Assembly (NCBI GenBank): GCA_041660165.1
Contig: JBAZWW010000005.1
Span: 16,191-80,190 of the forward strand
Direction of reading: 5' to 3'
DNA length: 64,000 nucleotides
Source: Patescibacteria group bacterium
GTDB lineage: Bacteria; Patescibacteriota; Patescibacteriia; UBA9934
The notes under the pieces were generated by a model. It was not told the origin of the DNA. It did not search any database and saw only the letters and a list, made by a program, of their open reading frames with translations. A program made the translations under genes and the position numbers. This document shows, piece by piece, positions 47,217 to 58,513 of the stretch (position 1 is the stretch's first letter; each line of letters begins with the position of its first letter).

Positions 47217-48224
47217 ATGCCCACCATCTATCGTAAACACATGACGCGCGATTTGGCGTTGTTTGGGTGCGAATATTGGTGGGAGGGGGAGCGCAGAGAA
47301 ATTTCGAAGATGTTTTCGGGATCTGGGTATGGAATGAATCCCTTCTTTGTCTCTACGCCGGGTTTTGGCGTGGGCGTGCATTACGATTGGTATAGCGAGG
47401 AGGATGATCCTATTCGTTTGGCCGAGCATTTCAATGCGCATGAAAGCGAAGTTTTCGGCTGGATTGCCAGCCATGAGGCGCGATGCGCGAAAGTGACCGA
47501 GCTCATAAGGTGGGCATCACCAGAGGATTTTGCATTGCTTCATGATGAAGTTATAGCCATGTGGCCCATGATTGTAGCGAGTAATTTGCCCGGTGATTTT
47601 GCAAAAGTAGCCAAGCCGGAGATTCGGGATAGTTTGTTTGCGCTCCGCTTAAAGACTGATCATGTTGCGTATGACGCCGGAGATGCGATGATTGAGATGG
47701 CCAAGGCGCTCGTGGGATCGGAATATGCGGATGACGTAAAGTTTTTGCGCCGTGCTGAGATTTTGACCGGCAAGTTTCCAGCTAGAGAAGAGCTTGATAA
47801 AAGAAAGCGCGGTTATATTTTTTCAGATGGTGAATTGCTTTTTATGTCACTCGACGAGTTCTTGGTGGCGAGAGATTTTGCGGTGGAAGTGCCTGACGCT
47901 GATCCTCGAGCGGTATCTGGTATCTGTGCCTGTCCCGGCATTATTCAAGGCGAGGTTCGGGTGCTCTATACGGTTGCCGATATTCCGCGTATGCACTCAG
48001 GCGACATCCTTGTCATGCCAATGACGACGCCAAATTTTCTCTCCGCCATAAAACTGGCCGGCGCGATTGTGACGGACGAGGGTGGTATCACTTGCCACGC
48101 GGCGATTGTGGCCAGGGAACTTGGCAAGCCATGTATCATTGGGACAAAGAATGCGACCGAAGCGTTGCACGATGGGGATCTGGTAGAGGTTGATGCTGAG
48201 AGGGGCATTGTCACAAAACTATGA
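47217..48224 (+). CDS. Helical N-domain plus phospho-His swivel domain protein 2
   Basis: ILVMPMTTP, VTDEGGITCHAAIVARELGKPCIIGT. Confidence 0.9.
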   Translation: MPTIYRKHMTRDLALFGCEYWWEGERREISKMFSGSGYGMNPFFVSTPGFGVGVHYDWYSEEDDPIRLAEHFNAHESEVFGWIASHEARCAKVTELIRWASPEDFALLHDEVIAMWPMIVASNLPGDFAKVAKPEIRDSLFALRLKTDHVAYDAGDAMIEMAKALVGSEYADDVKFLRRAEILTGKFPAREELDKRKRGYIFSDGELLFMSLDEFLVARDFAVEVPDADPRAVSGICACPGIIQGEVRVLYTVADIPRMHSGDILVMPMTTPNFLSAIKLAGAIVTDEGGITCHAAIVARELGKPCIIGTKNATEALHDGDLVEVDAERGIVTKL

Positions 48225-49309
48225 ATAAACCCGTCTTCACTTCAAACCAACCTTCTATAACCGAATGGTTTTCGGCTATTGGGAATGAGGCTGAGGCTTC
48301 AGCGTTTCGGGAGGAGGATAATAAGAAAGTTGATCGCTTAGAGTCGTTGTTTCAGGAAATTGGCCTGCCATATGAACGGCCGGAGGCGTTTGAGGCCGTG
48401 GAACTTACCGAGTGCTCGCCGAGGTTTGCGGATGTACTCGCACAAAAGGGAGATGAGTTGTGCGCGATTAGACTTGTGCCGAAGGATTCAAGTTTGCCGA
48501 AGCTGAGACAACGCGGGCTTCCTTTGAAAGAAACATATGAGAATTGGTACAAGAAACAGGACATTGAACCGGCAAAATATACGGCGTTTGTTTGCCCGCA
48601 CGCAGACGCGCTCCTGTGGGCGTCTACTTTTGTTATTGGCTATGAGGGGATCATCGGCGAGATTGTGCACGGCGGGCATTCGCAGTTAACACACGGGGAA
48701 AGCAAAGAGACGGTTTATAGATTTTCATACGATTGGAATAACTGGCAGTGGTCGGAATCAAGTGTTGAGGCTGAGGCCGAGGTGAATCGAACGCTCGAGT
48801 TGCTTCTCGTCAAGAATCCGGATGTGCAACACTCGCTTAAAGAAAAGCTTGGCGTCGAGTTTGTGAAGGGGTATCTTGTTGGCTATTTTGAAACTACGGT
48901 GTGGCCGGATAACAAGGTTTACTTCATTGATTTTAATCGCGTACTCCAGAAGTTAGTCTCGTTGCCATTGCACTCGGACACAAATGACACAGAACGGTGG
49001 GGAGCAACGGCATTTGGCGGGATTGCAAGAGGGACGGTACGGATTGTGACCGAGGCATCCCTCGAATCCGCACTCTTCGAGTCTGGCGACATTCTAGTAT
49101 GCGACAACACGGACGTTCGGTATCTCCCGCTCATGCAAAAAGCCGGGGCAATTATAACTGATCGAGGAGGCATCCTGAGCCACGCCGCGATTGTGGCGCG
49201 AGAACTCAAGAAACCCTGCATCATTGGCACAAAGAATGGAACAGGTAAGCTGAAAGAGGGGATTCTAGTAGAAGTAGATGCTGAAAAGGGCCAGGTGCGA
49301 GTTTTGTAG
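48221..49309 (+). CDS. Divergent N-domain (possibly ATP-grasp-like) plus phospho-His swivel domain protein 3
   Basis: ILVCDNTD, ITDRGGILSHAAIVARELKKPCIIGT. Confidence 0.88.
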   Translation: MNKPVFTSNQPSITEWFSAIGNEAEASAFREEDNKKVDRLESLFQEIGLPYERPEAFEAVELTECSPRFADVLAQKGDELCAIRLVPKDSSLPKLRQRGLPLKETYENWYKKQDIEPAKYTAFVCPHADALLWASTFVIGYEGIIGEIVHGGHSQLTHGESKETVYRFSYDWNNWQWSESSVEAEAEVNRTLELLLVKNPDVQHSLKEKLGVEFVKGYLVGYFETTVWPDNKVYFIDFNRVLQKLVSLPLHSDTNDTERWGATAFGGIARGTVRIVTEASLESALFESGDILVCDNTDVRYLPLMQKAGAIITDRGGILSHAAIVARELKKPCIIGTKNGTGKLKEGILVEVDAEKGQVRVL

Positions 49310-49347
49310 AAGTGTGGTGTAATAGTCTTGCTTATCAGCAGCACCCT

Positions 49348-49626
49348 ATGATCAAAGACTTTGACGAGCTTTATTCTAAGCTCACACAGCATATTGATGA
49401 CAAAAACCGGGATACGGTTGATTTGCTGAAACAAGATATAAAAGCCGCGAAGACTGAGTTGCGTGAGGAGTTTCGCACTACTACTAAGGAGATCCGGCAG
49501 GAGATGCACGTTATGAAGGACGAGATCTTGACGGGAGTGGGCGAGATGCTTGACGGCGGTATTACTCCTCAGATCGAAGAACACGAAAATCGTCTTTTGA
49601 AACTTGAGGATAAAATCGCAGCCTAA
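49348..49626 (+). CDS. Hypothetical coiled-coil protein
   Basis: Heptad-rich 92-aa ORF ending 'HENRLLKLE'. Confidence 0.65.
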   Translation: MIKDFDELYSKLTQHIDDKNRDTVDLLKQDIKAAKTELREEFRTTTKEIRQEMHVMKDEILTGVGEMLDGGITPQIEEHENRLLKLEDKIAA

Positions 49627-49629
49627 ATT

Positions 49630-50298
49630 GTGATCACCAAAGCCCAAGAGAAATTGATTCAGGAACTTGTTTCGAACAAAAAGACCCGCCGGGAGCGTGG
49701 AATGTTTTTGATCGAGGGGGCAAAGTTTGTGAAGGATGCGAAGAAGTATTTGGAGTTTTCATTTACCAGTAAAGATTCTTACAATTTTCGAGATCTGATT
49801 TCGACTGAGACTCCGCAGTCAGTGGCAGGAGTCGCAAGGATCCCGCAATTCACTATCGAGAACGTAGCTAAGTGCAAAGTGATTGTGGTGCTCGACAATG
49901 TGCAAGACCCCGGCAATGTGGGGACGATCATGCGGGCTTGCCTTGCTTTTGACGCCGGCCTCATCCTTGTTGATTCCGCTGACCCGACAAACCCGAAATC
50001 TGTTAGAGCGAGCGCGGCTGCTATTTTGAAAACGCCGTGGATTGAGACGGGCAAGTTTGAAGCGGTTGAGATGATCGCAGGTTTGGACAGACCGGTTTAC
50101 AAGCTTGAACTCCGTGCCGGTGCAAAACCCATTAACGAGATCCCAAAGAAACCGCTCGTTCTCATTGCCGGTAATGAAGGTCGTGGTGTTACACTTGAGA
50201 TCCCCGATGCGCTCTCAACGTATATTCCGCAAAATGTAGAGCTCGAATCCTTGAACGTAGCCATGGCGACAACGATTGCCTTGTACGAATTATCCTAA
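49630..50298 (+). CDS. TrmH/SpoU family RNA methyltransferase
   Basis: LDNVQDPGNVGTIMR, GNEGRG, ESLNVAMA. Confidence 0.95.
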   Translation: MITKAQEKLIQELVSNKKTRRERGMFLIEGAKFVKDAKKYLEFSFTSKDSYNFRDLISTETPQSVAGVARIPQFTIENVAKCKVIVVLDNVQDPGNVGTIMRACLAFDAGLILVDSADPTNPKSVRASAAAILKTPWIETGKFEAVEMIAGLDRPVYKLELRAGAKPINEIPKKPLVLIAGNEGRGVTLEIPDALSTYIPQNVELESLNVAMATTIALYELS

Positions 50299-50372
50299 AT
50301 TGAACAGCCACCCCCTTAGAGTCGTCGCGCGAGGGCGGCGTTCAAGGTGGTGGCTTTGTTGTTGGCCGAGGC

Positions 50373-51074
50373 CTAGTGCTCGATGCCGTCGGTTCCCATG
50401 GTCCGCAGAACCATGGCCCGTTCTTTGATGTAGTCCGCGACGTCCGGGGGAAGCTGGCTGACCACAGCTGTGAAGTCATCTTCCCGGTATCGCATGGCGT
50501 CCCACAGCAACTCATGGAGGTTGTCGTGGCTGATGTGGCCGCATTGAAAGACCCGGTCGAGCATTTGTTCGTCCCACGAACTTTTGTCGAGCCTGCGGTC
50601 CACGGCGATCGCGCTCGCCAGGTTTTGCAGAACGATGAGCACCGCTTCATCCCGCGCCTGGGCCACTTGGCGCGGGCCATCGTGCTTCCCTTTACTCTGG
50701 AGAAGCAGTGCGCCTACGTGCATCACCTGATGAAGCGCGTGCAGGTGCATGAGCGTTCGGTCTTCAGCCACCTGCCTCATGAGCTCTGCGCGCGCCTTTG
50801 CCCGAGCGAGCGCGAATTCGTAGCCGTTCGGCATGTCCACGGCCATGTGGACAATGATGACGAGGACGAGCGCGAAGACTCCGATCACGCCGATCACCAG
50901 GCACTGAACTACGATAACGCCGGCCATGACGGTGAAGGCCCAACCGAAGTTGGTGATCATGTACACCGCCGTCCACGCTCCGAGCAGGCAAGCACCGGCG
51001 CTCCCCGCGAGTACGGAGATGACGATGAGGGCCTTGCGGAGCCAGACGGCCGCCTTGTTTATGAACTGTTTCAT
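50373..51074 (-). CDS. GC-rich hypothetical membrane protein
   Basis: Two long N-terminal TMs; GGAGG SD; TTGACC-17-TAGTAT promoter near 51237-51265. Confidence 0.7.
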   Translation of the reverse strand: MKQFINKAAVWLRKALIVISVLAGSAGACLLGAWTAVYMITNFGWAFTVMAGVIVVQCLVIGVIGVFALVLVIIVHMAVDMPNGYEFALARAKARAELMRQVAEDRTLMHLHALHQVMHVGALLLQSKGKHDGPRQVAQARDEAVLIVLQNLASAIAVDRRLDKSSWDEQMLDRVFQCGHISHDNLHELLWDAMRYREDDFTAVVSQLPPDVADYIKERAMVLRTMGTDGIEH

Positions 51075-51078
51075 CTGA

Positions 51079-52576
<1,498 letters not shown>

Positions 52577-52616
52577 TGAGAGCGGGGTCTTGCAAAGACT
52601 GCTATAATCTCTCCGT

Positions 52617-53000
52617 ATGCCCTCAGCTGAGGCCACGTTCCGCATTGTGCGTGATCTGACGCTCGACGTAGCGTATTTTCCGTTGTGGTGGTATTCGGCG
52701 GGGTTGCTTGAAAGGTTTAAGGGGACGGGGGAGCTGATCCAGGGGAGTGCGAGGAGCTTGCAGTTGACGCTCTGGATCCGAAACATTTTCACGCCCATGT
52801 ACGGGCAATATGACTGGCAGAGCAGACTCATTAGTATTTTCATGCGGTGCGTGCAGATTATTGGCAGGTTTCTCGCGCTGGTGTTTTTTTCTGTGCTGGC
52901 GCTTGTGCTTCTTGGCTTGTACATTTTTGGGCCCATCGCGCTCGTGCTTCTTCTTGTCTATCACGGTTTTTTAAGCGGATCCGCATCATATGGAGGATAA
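52617..53000 (+). CDS. Conserved hypothetical membrane protein upstream of Clp ATPase
   Basis: YFPLWWYS.G, NIFTPMYGQYDWQ; TATAAT 8 nt upstream (leaderless-like). Confidence 0.8.
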   Translation: MPSAEATFRIVRDLTLDVAYFPLWWYSAGLLERFKGTGELIQGSARSLQLTLWIRNIFTPMYGQYDWQSRLISIFMRCVQIIGRFLALVFFSVLALVLLGLYIFGPIALVLLLVYHGFLSGSASYGG

Positions 53001-55590
53001 CCGCCCCGGCGTTCGCGCTGGCGACAGAATGTACGTTTGGAAAGCGGAGGTAAATTCCGTGGCCACGGCCCATGCCCGCGGATTATTGAAGGCGCGAAAA
53101 GTTGCCATGATGGCGGGCTTTGTGCTTAGTGTTATTTCGATTTTGGGTTTTGCAGGATTGCTAACGCTGGCAGAGCAACAATCAGGAGCGGGCGTTGCAT
53201 TTTTCACCACTCCGCACTCGCTTGTAGCTTTACTTCCGCTTGGGCTATTGCTGTTCTGCTTTGCTTTTTTTGAGCGCCAGATGATTTTGCGAGTCATTGC
53301 CAAGATGCCGGCAGGAGAGATTGAGTATGAGGAAGGCGTGAACGCGCAAATGAGCGGAGACTTTTCTGAAATGTTTGACGCTGAGGCCGTGAAGGCCGTT
53401 GAAGACGCGTTTGCGGTGGCAGAGAAAAACGGAGATGCAAGCGTAGGCTCGATTCATTTATTTGTTGGGGCCATTGGCACGCCTGCCGGGCAGATTCTTT
53501 TTGCTAGACTCGGTCTGAGCATTGAGAGCATGAAGGCCCAGCTCAGGCGTCATCTTGGGATAGAAACAAAAGGTGAGACGACCTTTGATGACAGAGCGAT
53601 GGGCATCCTGGCGCGGGCGTTCATGCTGGCGCAAAGAGGCGGGCGCCCGCATGTTTCAAGTTTAGATATTTTGGCGGCCTGTTATTCTGCGGATGAATTT
53701 TTCCCGCAGTTGTTTGAGGAATTTAGCATTCCAAGCGCAGAACTCAACAATGCGCTTCACTGGATGTTTATTACCGAAGAATTGCAGGAACGCTATCACT
53801 CGCTCCGCAGGGCCGCGGCCTTCAAACCCACGGGCAACATGGATCGCGCTATGACGGCTATTGCTACGCCGTTTCTTGACTCAGTCAGCGAGGATCTGAC
53901 GCGTGATGCGGTGTATGGCCGAACCGGTTTGCTAGTTGGGCGCGATGAGGAACTCGCATCAGTGTTTCGAGCTATTGAGGGAGGCAATACGAGCGTGGTG
54001 CTTGTTGGCCCGTCCGGTGTTGGCAAGTCGGCAATCATCGACGGCATTGCAGACCTCATGGTTGAAGAGAAGGTGCCGAAGATCCTTGAAGACAAACGTT
54101 TACTCAAAATCTCGATCCCGCACATTGTGAGCGCGCAAGGTGGAAAAGGTGCCGAGGAACGGCTTTTGTACGCGCTCCGAGAAGTGGGACATTCAGGCAA
54201 TATCGTCCTTGTGATCGAGGATATCCATGAGCTGGTTGGCACGGGGTCAGGAACGGGCATTGATCTCTCTTCTATTTTGTCGAGCGAGCTTGAGAAGGGC
54301 TACACCTTTGTCATCGCGACTACCACTGCGCAAGGTTATACCGAAGCGGTCGAGCGATCAGTCCTCGGCAAGCGACTTGAGCGGATTGTGATCGCCGAGC
54401 CTGATCGGGATCTCGCTATCAGAATTATCGAGGCGAAAATTGGAGGCATTGAGGGGAAGCATCATGTCGTCTTCACGTACGGAGCGCTTGCTTCCGCGGT
54501 TGATCTCTCTATCCGTTATCTTCATGACGGCGTGCTTCCTGAAAAAGCGATTGCCCTTCTGCGCGAGGTAGCGCTGACGGTTTCCAAAAAAGGCGCAGGC
54601 TTGCAGTGGGTGATGAAGGAAGACGTGGCGGAAATGATTCACGCTAAGACGAACATTGCTGTCACGGAGGTCACGCAGGATGAGGGGGCAAAGCTTTTGA
54701 ACCTTGAGGCAAAATTGCATGAGCGATTGATTGGCCAGGAGACGGCGGTCTCTGCTGTTTCTTCAGCACTTAGGCGAGCACGAACTGAGATGCGGAGCGA
54801 AGGGAAACCTATCGCGAACTTTTTGTTCCTTGGTCCCACGGGTGTTGGAAAAACCGAGCTGGCAAAAGCCACGGCCGAAGTATTTTTTGGCAACGAGCAA
54901 TCCATGACGCGTTTTGACATGAGCGAGTATCAGAACAAGGAATCGGTTTCGAGGTTGATTGGTGGTAACGGCCAGGGCGGACAGCTGACCGAGGCGATTC
55001 GGCGCAATCCATTCTGTTTGCTCTTGCTCGACGAGCTTGAAAAAGCGCATCCCGACATTTTGAACTTGTTCCTTCAGGTAATGGATGATGGGCGGTTGAC
55101 CGATGGACTCGGCCAGACGGTTGATTTCACAAACGTCATTTTGATTGCAACCTCGAATGCCGGCACTCAATACATTCAAGACGAGGTAGCCAAGGGAACC
55201 GGACTGCCGATTATCCGTGAGGCGCTGATGGCGGGCGAGCTCAAGAGCCTATTCCGGCCAGAATTCCTTAACCGGTTTAACGACGTGATCGTGTTCTCGC
55301 CGTTGACTGAGGCGGATGTCACCGCGATTGCGTATTTGATGATCGACAAGGTGAAAAAGCGCATGGAGGCTAAGGGAATCTCACTCGAGGTGGGCGATGC
55401 AGCCATTCACGAGCTTGGCCGGCTTGGTTATGATCCTAAATTTGGCGCCAGGCCATTGCGACGAACGATCGAGGAAAAACTTGAGAACAAGCTGGCTGAT
55501 GAATTGTTGCGGGGATCATTTGAGCGGAGAGATACAATTATTTTTGACGTAGGGGGGAAAATTGAGGTAAGAAAGGCGGAGAAACTTTGA
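52990..55590 (+). CDS. ClpA/B/C-family AAA+ ATPase with N-terminal TM segments
   Basis: Clp-N repeats, GPSGVGKS, LPEKAI, FLGPTGVGKTELAK, RFDMSEY, LDELEKAHP, FRPEFLNR, GARPLRR. Confidence 0.95.
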   Translation: MEDNRPGVRAGDRMYVWKAEVNSVATAHARGLLKARKVAMMAGFVLSVISILGFAGLLTLAEQQSGAGVAFFTTPHSLVALLPLGLLLFCFAFFERQMILRVIAKMPAGEIEYEEGVNAQMSGDFSEMFDAEAVKAVEDAFAVAEKNGDASVGSIHLFVGAIGTPAGQILFARLGLSIESMKAQLRRHLGIETKGETTFDDRAMGILARAFMLAQRGGRPHVSSLDILAACYSADEFFPQLFEEFSIPSAELNNALHWMFITEELQERYHSLRRAAAFKPTGNMDRAMTAIATPFLDSVSEDLTRDAVYGRTGLLVGRDEELASVFRAIEGGNTSVVLVGPSGVGKSAIIDGIADLMVEEKVPKILEDKRLLKISIPHIVSAQGGKGAEERLLYALREVGHSGNIVLVIEDIHELVGTGSGTGIDLSSILSSELEKGYTFVIATTTAQGYTEAVERSVLGKRLERIVIAEPDRDLAIRIIEAKIGGIEGKHHVVFTYGALASAVDLSIRYLHDGVLPEKAIALLREVALTVSKKGAGLQWVMKEDVAEMIHAKTNIAVTEVTQDEGAKLLNLEAKLHERLIGQETAVSAVSSALRRARTEMRSEGKPIANFLFLGPTGVGKTELAKATAEVFFGNEQSMTRFDMSEYQNKESVSRLIGGNGQGGQLTEAIRRNPFCLLLLDELEKAHPDILNLFLQVMDDGRLTDGLGQTVDFTNVILIATSNAGTQYIQDEVAKGTGLPIIREALMAGELKSLFRPEFLNRFNDVIVFSPLTEADVTAIAYLMIDKVKKRMEAKGISLEVGDAAIHELGRLGYDPKFGARPLRRTIEEKLENKLADELLRGSFERRDTIIFDVGGKIEVRKAEKL

Positions 55591-55591
55591 T

Positions 55592-55671
55592 CCCATCCCG
55601 ACGACAGGAGGGATAGTATTTCATCCGAAGATCCTCGGCTAGAATGCTACCCCTCCTCACGTCGGGGTGGA
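55592..55671. repeat. REP-like palindromic element
   Basis: CCATCCCGACG..AGGAGGG ... CCCTCCTCACGTCGGGGTGG. Confidence 0.75.
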
Positions 55672-55681
55672 GACAGTGGTT

Positions 55682-56722
55682 ATGCCGATCTGGTTCCCGT
55701 TTCCCATCATCGCAAGCTTTGTCCTGACCGCACTATTCGTCCCTGCGGTGATTGCGGTTGCGAAGCGTTTTGGGATACTCGACAAGCCAACTGGCGGACG
55801 GAAGATTCACACCTTACCAACTCCGCTCATGGGCGGGCTGGCGTTGTTCCTTGGTTTTCTCATTCCAGTAATTGTAGTTCTTTTGGCAAGCAATCATCTG
55901 ACGAGCGGGCAGATTGGACTTCGGCACTACTTCGGTTTTGCGTTGGCTGGAACGGTTCTCATGGTCGGTGGAATACTCGACGACAAATTTAATCTCTCGC
56001 CAAAGAAAAGCATTTGGTTCCCGGTGCTCGCCGCCTTGATTGCGAGTCTTGCAGGAATCGGCGTCTCGAAAATCACGAATCCGTTCGGCGGTGCCATTTT
56101 CGTCATGCCAATCGTGTCTGGCGTAATGACGTTCGTCTGGCTCCTCGTCATGTCGTATGCGACGAAGTTGCTCGATGGTGTGGACGGTTTAGCGGCGAGC
56201 GTTGGGACGACTGCCTCACTCGCAATCACGGCCCTCGCGCTTAGCAAAATGTACTTCCAGCCTGATGTAGCACTTCTTTCAATGATGTTCGCGGCTTCGT
56301 TGCTCGGCTTCTTGCTGTGGAACTTTCCACGAGCGCGAATTTTCCTTGGCGAAGGCGGGAGTACGTTTCTGGGTTTCACCCTTGGCACGCTCGCCATTAT
56401 TTCCGGGAGCAAGATGATCACGCTTCTCCTGGTCCTTGGCATCCCGTGCCTAGACATTATTCACGTAGCGTATAGGCGATACTCCGAGGGACGTTCAATT
56501 ACGTCCGGCGATAGATACCACTTTCATCATTTGCTGTTCGATGCAGGCTTGAGCGAAAGACAAGTGGTGGCGGTGTACGCGCTGTTTACCATTCCCTTTG
56601 GCAGTGCCACGCTGTTCTTTTCACATGCGTACAAGTTGTTCATTTTGCTTGGTCTCTCGATCCTCTTTCTAGTCGTTGCCAGCTTCCTGTATCATAAGCA
56701 TAATGTTGTCATCCCGACGTGA
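55682..56722 (+). CDS. Glycosyltransferase family 4 (WecA/TagO/MraY-like) polyprenyl-phosphate sugar-phosphate transferase
   Basis: D.P.GRKIH..PTPLMGG, GILDD, LDGVDGLA, NFP.ARIFLGEGG, DRYHFHH. Confidence 0.93.
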   Translation: MPIWFPFPIIASFVLTALFVPAVIAVAKRFGILDKPTGGRKIHTLPTPLMGGLALFLGFLIPVIVVLLASNHLTSGQIGLRHYFGFALAGTVLMVGGILDDKFNLSPKKSIWFPVLAALIASLAGIGVSKITNPFGGAIFVMPIVSGVMTFVWLLVMSYATKLLDGVDGLAASVGTTASLAITALALSKMYFQPDVALLSMMFAASLLGFLLWNFPRARIFLGEGGSTFLGFTLGTLAIISGSKMITLLLVLGIPCLDIIHVAYRRYSEGRSITSGDRYHFHHLLFDAGLSERQVVAVYALFTIPFGSATLFFSHAYKLFILLGLSILFLVVASFLYHKHNVVIPT

Positions 56723-56789
56723 GGAGGGATCTGCATTGAACGATAGTTTCTGATGGTAATTCAGATCCCTCGCTTTGCTCGGGATGACA
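56707..56789. repeat. Complete REP-like element (GTCATCCCGA...GGGATGAC)
   Basis: TGTCATCCCGACGTGAGGAGGGATCTG ... CAGATCCCTCGCTTTGCTCGGGATGACA; supplies the TGA stop of the upstream gene. Confidence 0.85.
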
Positions 56790-56800
56790 CAAATAACACT

Positions 56801-57289
56801 ATGTCCGAACATCAATCAGGCATGCCGGGAATTGTGAAGACCAGCCTTCAGCTGTTGGGCGTCTTTGTGGTACTGATGATTGCGCTGACGGTTTTCTCGA
56901 AGGTCTCGTTTAGATCAACCACGAAAACTGTAACGATCGCTGGCCGAGGCTATGACGTCCTTGTGGCGAACACGCCCGAAGGACGCTACCAGGGATTATC
57001 GGGCAAGACCATTCAGGGTATGCACGCCGAAGGCATGATCTTTACGTTTCCAACCGTTGAGGAAAGAACATTTGAAATGCGCCGGATGCTTTTCCCCTTG
57101 GATTTTCTCTGGGTGCACGATGGGCTGATTGTAAAAATTGATCAGGATATTCCTGCGCCGAAGGGAAAAGAAAAACCGGCCAAGATTTCCTCAGCGCCGT
57201 ATGCGGTAGAAACGGTCTTTGAGTTTCCGGCGGGCTTTGTGAAAACGAACCATCTCAATCTTGGCGATTCGGTCCTCGGCGTTAAATAA
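56801..57289 (+). CDS. DUF192 protein
   Basis: VANTPE.R.QGLSG, GMIF.F, M..M.FPLD, V.E.PAG. Confidence 0.88.
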   Translation: MSEHQSGMPGIVKTSLQLLGVFVVLMIALTVFSKVSFRSTTKTVTIAGRGYDVLVANTPEGRYQGLSGKTIQGMHAEGMIFTFPTVEERTFEMRRMLFPLDFLWVHDGLIVKIDQDIPAPKGKEKPAKISSAPYAVETVFEFPAGFVKTNHLNLGDSVLGVK

Positions 57290-58370
57290 CCATGAGTGCC
57301 GTGGCAATGCCGATAACGGCTATGACGTGGACAGCAAGTGGCAATCGGCGCCAGTGCATCTTGGCCATGAGCGTGATGATGAGCATGAAGCTTAAAAAGA
57401 CAATGGCGGCGAGGTAGAATTTTGTTACGGTATCTTGGAGATTATTGACGCTGAAAACGCCCAGGACTTTTACTTTAGGCGAGTTGCTTTCAAAGGCGTA
57501 CACATCTTGTGGAGTTGAGCCGGGAGCAACGAGCGCCACTTGGTTGACTGACTCGGCGCCAGTTCCATTTGTGACAATGGTCAGCGGTTCGCCGTTTTTT
57601 GAAACGGTATTTTTATCGTAAGGAACGGATCCCTGCCAGGTATTGGCTGAGGTCTGTTTGAGCTCAACGGAAGCGTTGCCAAGGTGAGCGGACGCGCTGA
57701 CGGCTGTGGGCGCAGTGAGCGCCACGCTGTAAGAATTTTTAGCGGGGGTTACCGAGACGTTTGCTTCCAGAATAGGCTCAGCGGGGGCTTGGATGCTCGA
57801 CGATTTTCCGAAATGCTCGACTACAAAAACCGCGGGGTAGCCGTTGTACGTTCCTTGGGCCACGCCTACGCCAATGTCTGAGTAGCGGGTATCGACAATA
57901 TTCGCTCTATGAGTTGGCGAGGCCATCCAGCCCGCGTTCACGTCTTCTGCCTGGGTGAAATACACCGCGAGATTCTCGCCGGCGTATTTGTATTGGTACC
58001 CCGTGCCTTTGATCCATGACCATGGCGTGACACCGCTTGGCGAGTTGTGGGCAAAGTATTGATTGACCATCATGTCTTCTGCCTTGTTTTGGGCCGAGGC
58101 GTCGAGTTTCTGGTCTTCATGAAGTGTCCCAAGATCGAGGTTTTTCCTAGTTTCATTCGTGAGCGAGATGATGTTGGTGGGCGTGATAGCTGAGGAGAAG
58201 AGACTGGCGGCGGGCAGGGCAATAGCGGCTGAGAGCGCGAAGAATTTTAGGAAGACTAAGGCCACGCTATAGCCAAAAAGCGCCGTATGCCCAATGGCAT
58301 GGGGCGTATGCTTATTTCCGCGGTGGGGCAGGAAGTGGTCCCGAAGAAAGTGTTTTTTGGCCTTTTTCAC
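57282..58370 (-). CDS. CAP (SCP) domain membrane protein
   Basis: TNETR, AQNKAEDM..NQYFAH, AGENLA, WMASPTHRANI, IGVG. Confidence 0.92.
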   Translation of the reverse strand: MKKAKKHFLRDHFLPHRGNKHTPHAIGHTALFGYSVALVFLKFFALSAAIALPAASLFSSAITPTNIISLTNETRKNLDLGTLHEDQKLDASAQNKAEDMMVNQYFAHNSPSGVTPWSWIKGTGYQYKYAGENLAVYFTQAEDVNAGWMASPTHRANIVDTRYSDIGVGVAQGTYNGYPAVFVVEHFGKSSSIQAPAEPILEANVSVTPAKNSYSVALTAPTAVSASAHLGNASVELKQTSANTWQGSVPYDKNTVSKNGEPLTIVTNGTGAESVNQVALVAPGSTPQDVYAFESNSPKVKVLGVFSVNNLQDTVTKFYLAAIVFLSFMLIITLMAKMHWRRLPLAVHVIAVIGIATALMVI

Positions 58371-58513
58371 GGGGGAATTATAGCACGGCCGGCATTTGAC
58401 CAAATTGGCTGTCTTTGTTAAACTCTCCGGGATTCAATTCTTGAATTCGGCTTGCGTAAGGCTTTAAAGTTCTATCGAGTTTCCTCGATGACGCCCGAGC
58501 AGCACAAAAACCT

